A stretch of DNA of 64,000 bases, taken from positions 46,066,001 through 46,130,000 of the forward strand of contig CM022665.1 of the NCBI GenBank assembly GCA_012295275.1. The letters run 5' to 3'. Shown here in pieces: positions 43,401 to 64,000 of the stretch (the first letter of the stretch is position 1; the number at the start of each line of letters is the position of its first letter). A model generated the notes under the pieces. That model worked only from the letters and a program-made list of their open reading frames with translations. It had not been told where the DNA came from and ran no database searches. The position numbers and the translations under genes are program-made. The DNA comes from Chrysomallon squamiferum. Taxonomy: Eukaryota; Animalia; Mollusca.

Positions 43401-46400
43401 TACGATATGGCCGCATAGTTGAGCGGTACCACTGGAATGTGTCCTGCAAAAATAAAAATAAATTTAGAATAATAGTAATAATAATAATAATAATAAAATT
43501 AATAATAATAATAATAATGATGATGATGATAATAATAACAATGATGGTGATGATGATGATGATGATGGTGATAATAATGAGGAGGATATAAATAATGATG
43601 ATATTAATGATGATGATGATGATGACAACAACGTGAATTTTAGTAATAACAGTTATACTAGTAGAAGTAGTAGTAGTAGTGATAGTTATAATAGTAGAAG
43701 TAATAATAATAATAAAAATAATAATAACAACAGTATTAACAAAAATAGTAGTAGTGGTGGTAGTAGTAGTAGTACTAGTAGTTATAGTAGTAGAAGAAAT
43801 AATAATAATAAAAATATAATAATAACAATAATGGTAATAACAACAACAATAGTAATAACAATAATAATAGTAGTAGTGGTAGTGGTAGTTGCAGTAATAA
43901 AAAAATAACTGCAGTAGTAGTAGTAATAAAAAATATTACAAAATGTACTTTAAGAATCTGTTATTATGATGAAATGTTTTCAAAAGTTATTCTTATAGAG
44001 TCCAATGGCACAACAACAATTATTAACTTTTTATAAATTTAATGCTCTTAGAATATAATTATTATTTTAATTAAAAGTAAACAGTTTTTATAATTTATTA
44101 TTATTATTATTTTAATTATAATTTTTTTCCCTTTATAGTGATTTTTTTTTATTTATAATTTTTATCTATAATAACAATTTGAAAAAGATTTTCTTTAAAA
44201 ATATGATACAACTGTATTATTTTTAATCATGTTCTTGAAACTATTTTATCCTTTTTCTCAATTTCATTTTGGAACATTTTAATGTTATATTTCTGTTGTT
44301 GTTTTCTAAATGCATATAAAATTTATAAAAATAATTAAATTTAAAATTTAAATGATAGAAGTACAAAAATGAAGATTCACAACTTGAAAATATACTAAAA
44401 AAAAATATATATATATTTATTTTCACAAATTTTTCATTCCATGCAGAAAGAGAGTAACAGCTGAACATTGCTACATTTCAAAATAGTTTCCCAATTCTCA
44501 GTTGGCTGAATACCACATGGACACAGAAAAAAAAAAAACCAAATCAAATACTTTAACACTGTTTCAAATACCCAGCACTGGAAGTCAGTGGAGCATGACG
44601 GTATTTTGTATGTACTTACAGAATCGATAATTCTTTGCTTGATTTCTTTCTGAACAGAATATTTGATATTGATCTAGTGTGTGACTTTGTGTGAGAGAAC
44701 ATTTCTGTTAATGGACAGTTTATTGTATTCAGGACACAGCCCAATTAGTCTTTCTTAAGCTCTGGTAATTACTAGACAACAAATAAAAGGTTGTCACATT
44801 TTTAACACTTATTCTGTTGTGAAAGATTCTGAGAGAAAAACAACAACGTTGAAATGTTGCAGAACAATGCCAGTGCTATAAATAATAATAATAATAATAA
44901 AAAAATAATAGTAATAATAATAGTGATAATAATATTAATAATAATAGTTGCAATAATGGAGAAGATGATGATGATAACAGTAATAATAACAGTAACAAAG
45001 ACAATAATAATAATGTATTAATATAAAAATAATATTATAAATAAATAAATAAAATTAATGAAAGAACAGATGAACAAATAAATAAAAAGAATGAATATAT
45101 AAAGATTTTACTGAAATAAATATACTGGATCTGAAACAAAGGTTGAATATCTGAAAAAATTATAATCATTATCTATAAAAATTAAATTAAAATTTTATAT
45201 ATATATATGTAACAAGAGAAAACTTAAGATAATATAAAAAATAATAATAATAATATTTAAATAAAAAACAAAACAAAACAAAACAACATAAAATAAAATA
45301 AAATAAAATAAAATAAAACAAAAATTGTGAAATATAAAATTGAGAATAATTGCAGAAACAAATATAAAATTATATTAATAATAAAAAAATATATACATTT
45401 TATATAAAACTGAAAACAACTATAAAAAGGATATTAAAAGCAAAAAAACTAGACACACATATTTTATCTCACCTGTAACATAGTGTTTTGATGACTGTAA
45501 GGCCAGTGTTTGTACAAATTTCTCTGCTATATTAAAAACTGGTCTTTGGATTAAAATAAATTTATTGTTGCCCACATCCAATTTTTGCTGAGAAAGGGAA
45601 AATGTACCCAGGCCACATATATTGACTCCCTGAAAAAAAAAAAAAAAAAAAAAAAAAAAATTAAATAGTACATGCTTCGCTATTTTTAGGAAGATACATA
45701 TAAAAATATTCTTTTGCTAATAAATAAATAAATGTTTGTTGTTATGATCATTATGCCAATAATAATAATAATTTAAAAAAAAATAAAATAAAATAAATAC
45801 AAATAAACAAAAATATGTATGACTGGCCTGTAATAAATTTTAAAAACCAAGACAGGCTGAGCTGTCAGACATCCACTTTTTCAAAAAAAAGAACATTGCA
45901 ATATTTGCATTAAATTTGTTTGCAAGATCATTATGCAAAAATAAACAAATACAAAAAAAAACAAAAACAATTAGAATGACTGACATTTAATCATCTTTAA
46001 AATTAAAACAGGTTGAACTGTCATTCACTTTCTTAAAAAAGAACATTAAAATATTTGTTTAAAATACTTTTTGCAGTCATTTTATATGACTTAATATTAA
46101 ATACACTTCACAATCATTTCTTATATAAAAGTTTTCAAAATTCAGTCAAAGCAAAATTCTTGGGAATCATATGCTGAGAATTATTAATTTATTAATGGTA
46201 TTAATTTACTTTTACTCAAATATTTGCTCATTTAAACTTATTACTTGTTTCCTTTTTACATATTTTATATGTATGCGAAGTGTTTATATTTGTGTATCAG
46301 TGTGTAGGTATGTCTCAGGGTTATTCAAGTTAGGTTATAACTACATATCATAAAGAAAACAATGATAAAAATTAGAGTGAAAGGGTAAAATAGCGAGTGT

Positions 46401-47284
46401 GACAGAGGGAAAGATGGGAGAAAGAGAGACAGAGAGAAAGACAGAATAGTGAGAGGTATAAAGTAAAAATAAAGAACAAATAAAAGAGATGAAAATTAAA
46501 CAAAAATAATTTGCAGACCATAAACATTTTAAAAAAATAAGAAAATATTAGTCAAATGGTATTTTTATACAAAACATGAATATCCTCCTTAAATGTTGTT
46601 AGATATTGTGATTTCAGAACTAAACCAAACAAAACAAGGATAATAACTGACCTTTTGTTGGGACATTTGCTTTGCAATAAATTCACAAACACTTTCCCAA
46701 ACATTAGCAACATCTACAAAAGAAACATGTATTACCAGTAATAATTATATATATATTAACTCATTCAACAATGAATATATTATTTTATTTCTTTGTAATT
46801 CTATGTAATTCCATGACATATACAAACTTTCTTTAAAATGAATATAAATTAATTGATTTAAAAATAATAATAATAAAAAGGAAAACACACACAGATAACT
46901 GTATTATTAAATGTTGTATAGATATATATATATATATATAAAAAATTAAAAAATATTGCGGCTGAAGGTATGTCTAATAACAAATATAAAACTAAAACAT
47001 TCAGTGAGTCAGAAAAATGTATTAACTTTTTTTTTTACATTCTAAATTTTGTTAATATGGCTATAGATTGTAATTTAAATCATTAAAATAGTTAATGAAT
47101 ATTTTATTCTTAGTCTTGTTGCATTAGCTTAATTCAAGTATCAGTATAGCTTAAAACACTTCTGAAACTTTACTGATTACTCGCACTTGAAAGAAAACGT
47201 ACCGTCGTCTGACAATGTATCTTTTATAGTTGAATATCTGCCGCTTTTGGCTTCAGAGAGTAATCCTTGCATTGCATCCGACAT
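29027..47284 (-). CDS. CCDC81: Coiled-coil domain-containing protein 81 (N-terminal HU-like domains; centrosomal/ciliary), ~740 aa
   Basis: Exons (high-low) 47284-47203, 46713-46652, 45629-45473, 43443-43187, 42567-42491, 38065-37738, 35747-35591, 33880-33622, 33372-33265, 33112-33029, 32012-31927, 30943-30865, 30121-29901, 29291-29027. All GT-AG. Peptides GTFSLSQQKLDVGNNKFILIQRPVF, IPVVPLNY, GIGRLSVRDSKVKMKFFKE, AGQELCYLCHQRARRN and terminal YIPGSRLMV* match remembered vertebrate CCDC81. Exon 6 is 1 nt short of keeping frame. Confidence 0.93.
30390..30725. repeat. ~28-bp minisatellite (aataataatagttaatgttgtaacatga)
   Basis: About 11 copies with a degenerate left flank, CCDC81 intron 12. Confidence 0.9.
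34215..34775. repeat. ~46-bp minisatellite (tttaatctacagtataaagctcaaataattcaaagactttc...)
   Basis: About 12 copies, CCDC81 intron 7. Confidence 0.92.
40030..40110 (-). mobile_element. Degenerate SINE core remnant (Deu/Nin-domain-like)
   Basis: Minus strand catgtcctttcctacttataggatgttgcatttatatgattcctcactggtaattgataaaag resembles remembered tatgtgctatcctgtctgtgggatggtgcatataaaagatcccttgctgctaatcgaaaag. Confidence 0.4.
40877..40891 (-). CDS. CCDC81: Candidate 15-nt symmetric microexon of CCDC81
   Basis: taatgctttctttttcag|CTCTAAGGTTACCAG|gtatta. Phase 2-2, no stop codon; changes LPK to LPNSKVTR. Confidence 0.5.
41330..42489. repeat. ~59/118-bp minisatellite abutting the CCDC81 exon 5 donor
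   Basis: Alternating subunits ...aaactgttttaaatgagagaaaacttaaaatat... and ...aaactgttttaaatatcagttgaacacttaaatat..., decaying away from the exon. Confidence 0.92.
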
Positions 47285-47555
47285 TGTAAAAAATAAATGT
47301 TTTTCAATTCCCTAGTCCTATGTCATATTAAATTATAAATAAAGGACTGTGTCCATTTCGGATAAGCAGACAAGTTACTATAAACGTTGCTATGGGAGCA
47401 TCCGGAGTAGTTCCCTTTCCGGTTTGCAGTTTCGATTACATCAACACTTTTGAAAATAATGTTAATAGAGACTACTGCCACGGAGAAGGGAAATAACTTC
47501 GACTGACCAGACCGGTTGCAGTGGCAAGCTCTTTTGATTACGCTTCTGTAAAGAG
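47285..47555. promoter_or_regulatory. Bidirectional promoter CCDC81/DPY19L3 with RFX X-box-like site, plus non-coding DPY19L3 exon 1
   Basis: CpG-enriched. GTTGCTATGGGAGC at 47386-47399 (X-box-like); TTCCGG (ETS-like) near 47417; plus-strand donor AAGAG|GTAATG after 47555. Confidence 0.65.
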
Positions 47556-49316
47556 GTAATGTTGAAAAGTAGTTTTTATTTATTTATTTTTGAATATATG
47601 AGTGTAATTTATTTCATGATAAAGAAATATGAATTTATGTAATATTGATATTCTAAACTAAATATATTCGAAATATAAGTAATTTTACGCAGTCTGCAGA
47701 TAGCGATAGTGATACCAGTGCAACTGGGTGACGTCTGGTCACGATCTCATTGATTTTACTTTTTAAAGTTTTAGGCAGTATGTTCAGCGCATAATATTAT
47801 GGATTTTAGTAGGATTTCAAAATAGAATATTTGCAAATTTATTAAAATGATAGAATTTAACATATATAAATATAATTAAAATATGTAATACTTAACAGTT
47901 TCATAATTATCATTATGAACACGGGCTGGCAGATGTATAAATTAATAATTTGGAACTTTAAAAATTTAAAGCCAACACCATTTGACACATTTATCAAAAT
48001 TTATCAAAAACTGTATTAACAAAATAAAATTTATATATATATATTACAGTTTACTGTCCTCGTCATTTATAGTTTCTTCAAGATACATTTATAGTTTCTT
48101 AAAGATAAATTATTTGTAGAAAAAGTAACAGTACTACTAATAAAATGAAGCAGTCTAACCAGTAACCCCTTCTCAGCCCATAAAAAATAAATAAATAAAT
48201 AAATAAAAATATAAATACAATATGCAACATGCATATTTGGTGAAAAAGTAGATTGATCTATATAACAATGTTTAATTAATTTGTAATTTGTCTTTACTTA
48301 TTTAATTTTAAAAAATACCAAAACTAACGGTGAATATTATAAAACAGTTTTTAATAATAAAATGTAACAGTATTCACTACATGTATGTAAAACCAGTATA
48401 ATTATCTTTATTCATGTTCAAAATCCAAATCAATTTTATATCTTTACTATAAAAACTGAAACTCATTCTTGAATTTTATCATTTAATCTGTCACAGTTGT
48501 CTTCAGCTGTCATATGAAAATGCAATAAAAAGTATCAGTTAATTTTTACAAGTAGAAAACAATAAAAACATAAATGTTTGTACACAATGCACAGGTACAC
48601 TTACCATTTTAAAAAAAATTTCTAATTATCTTTTTGTCTGCACTGAATAATATTTTATTTTAAATTACTTTTAAGTTTTTTCCTCTTTTTTTTTTTTTCA
48701 TTCTCATAACAATGAAAATATTGGTAAAAATTACAAAATAAAAAGGAACTAAAAATTAAATATCAAATGAGTTATTGAGATATATTTAATTTATCTTGTA
48801 GTAAACATGTAAACACATGTCACCTGTGTGTATGTAAATTAATATTCAGTATAGGCTTAGCCTATTGGTGACACGTACTCAATGTTTGTTGTACAATTAT
48901 TTTACTTTCTGTCTCCTGAACAATATCACATTGCTGAGTTTAATTTGTTTTGAGTCATAGGTTATTTCCTTTTAACCATTATTCTCAGATCGTAAGAGTA
49001 TAACAAATCATCAGTCTTTAAATAATAATTATTTACTGCATCAAACAGACATCTCAACAGTACATGTGACAGATTTACTGAAGCTTTGAACAGTTTTCTC
49101 ATTAAAATGTAATTATTATTATTTTGGTTTATTATACATTTATAGTTGTAAATTTCAAGTTTGTTCTTAAAAGACAGTTTCTGAATTTACCAGATTTTAA
49201 CTTAAAATAGTTTTTTCATTAATTATAAGATTTTTTTTTATAATTATCATTGCATTATGATTATTATTATTATTATTGTATTTTTTTTATACTCGCTATC
49301 TAGGTTTTCAGGTAAC

Positions 49317-63804
<14,488 letters not shown>

Positions 63805-63816
63805 TAGACAGTCGCA

Positions 63817-64000
63817 AAGTAAATTCGTGATATCCGAGAAATTAAGTTTATGGTTAAAAAATATATTTAAAAGTCAAATTAATAAATAAATATGAAGGGA
63901 GACTGTTTCAAGTAAATTCGTCATATCTGAGAAATTAAGTTTATCGTTAAAATATATATTTAAAAGTCAAATTAATAAATAAATATGAAGGGAGACTGTT
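63817..64000 (+). repeat. 93-bp tandem repeat in the DPY19L3 3'UTR (at least 2 copies, reaches the window edge)
   Basis: Units start at 63817 and 63910; each contains AATAAATAAA. Confidence 0.9.

Noticed and set aside
49301-49311. Tandem acceptors TAG and CAG 8 nt apart before the DPY19L3 start codon
   Set aside because: Both lie in the 5'UTR, so the protein is unchanged; a common feature.

Overview
AT-rich, intron-rich animal genomic DNA (probably mollusc/lophotrochozoan; inference from gene content and SINE-like remnants). It is not prokaryotic, and most entries in the ORF track are microsatellite artefacts or single exons. Manual splicing gives four genes in two head-to-head pairs: MIX23/CCDC58 (minus strand, first two exons, runs off the left edge) <-> importin alpha of the KPNA1/5/6 clade (plus, 14 coding exons, 538 aa); and CCDC81 (minus, 14 exons, about 740 aa, with an apparent 1-nt frameshift in exon 6) <-> DPY19L3-like C-mannosyltransferase (plus, 17 coding exons, 715 aa). 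The introns carry many local tandem repeats, and a striking number of them copy the neighbouring splice site. Best leads: repeat-generated decoy splice sites, a 15-nt UGC-type microexon and an RFX/FOXJ1-type internal promoter in CCDC81, possible ancient MIX23-KPNA microsynteny, and an unexplained CpG-rich island at 26.7 kb. Orthology calls rest on remembered protein sequences, not on database searches.
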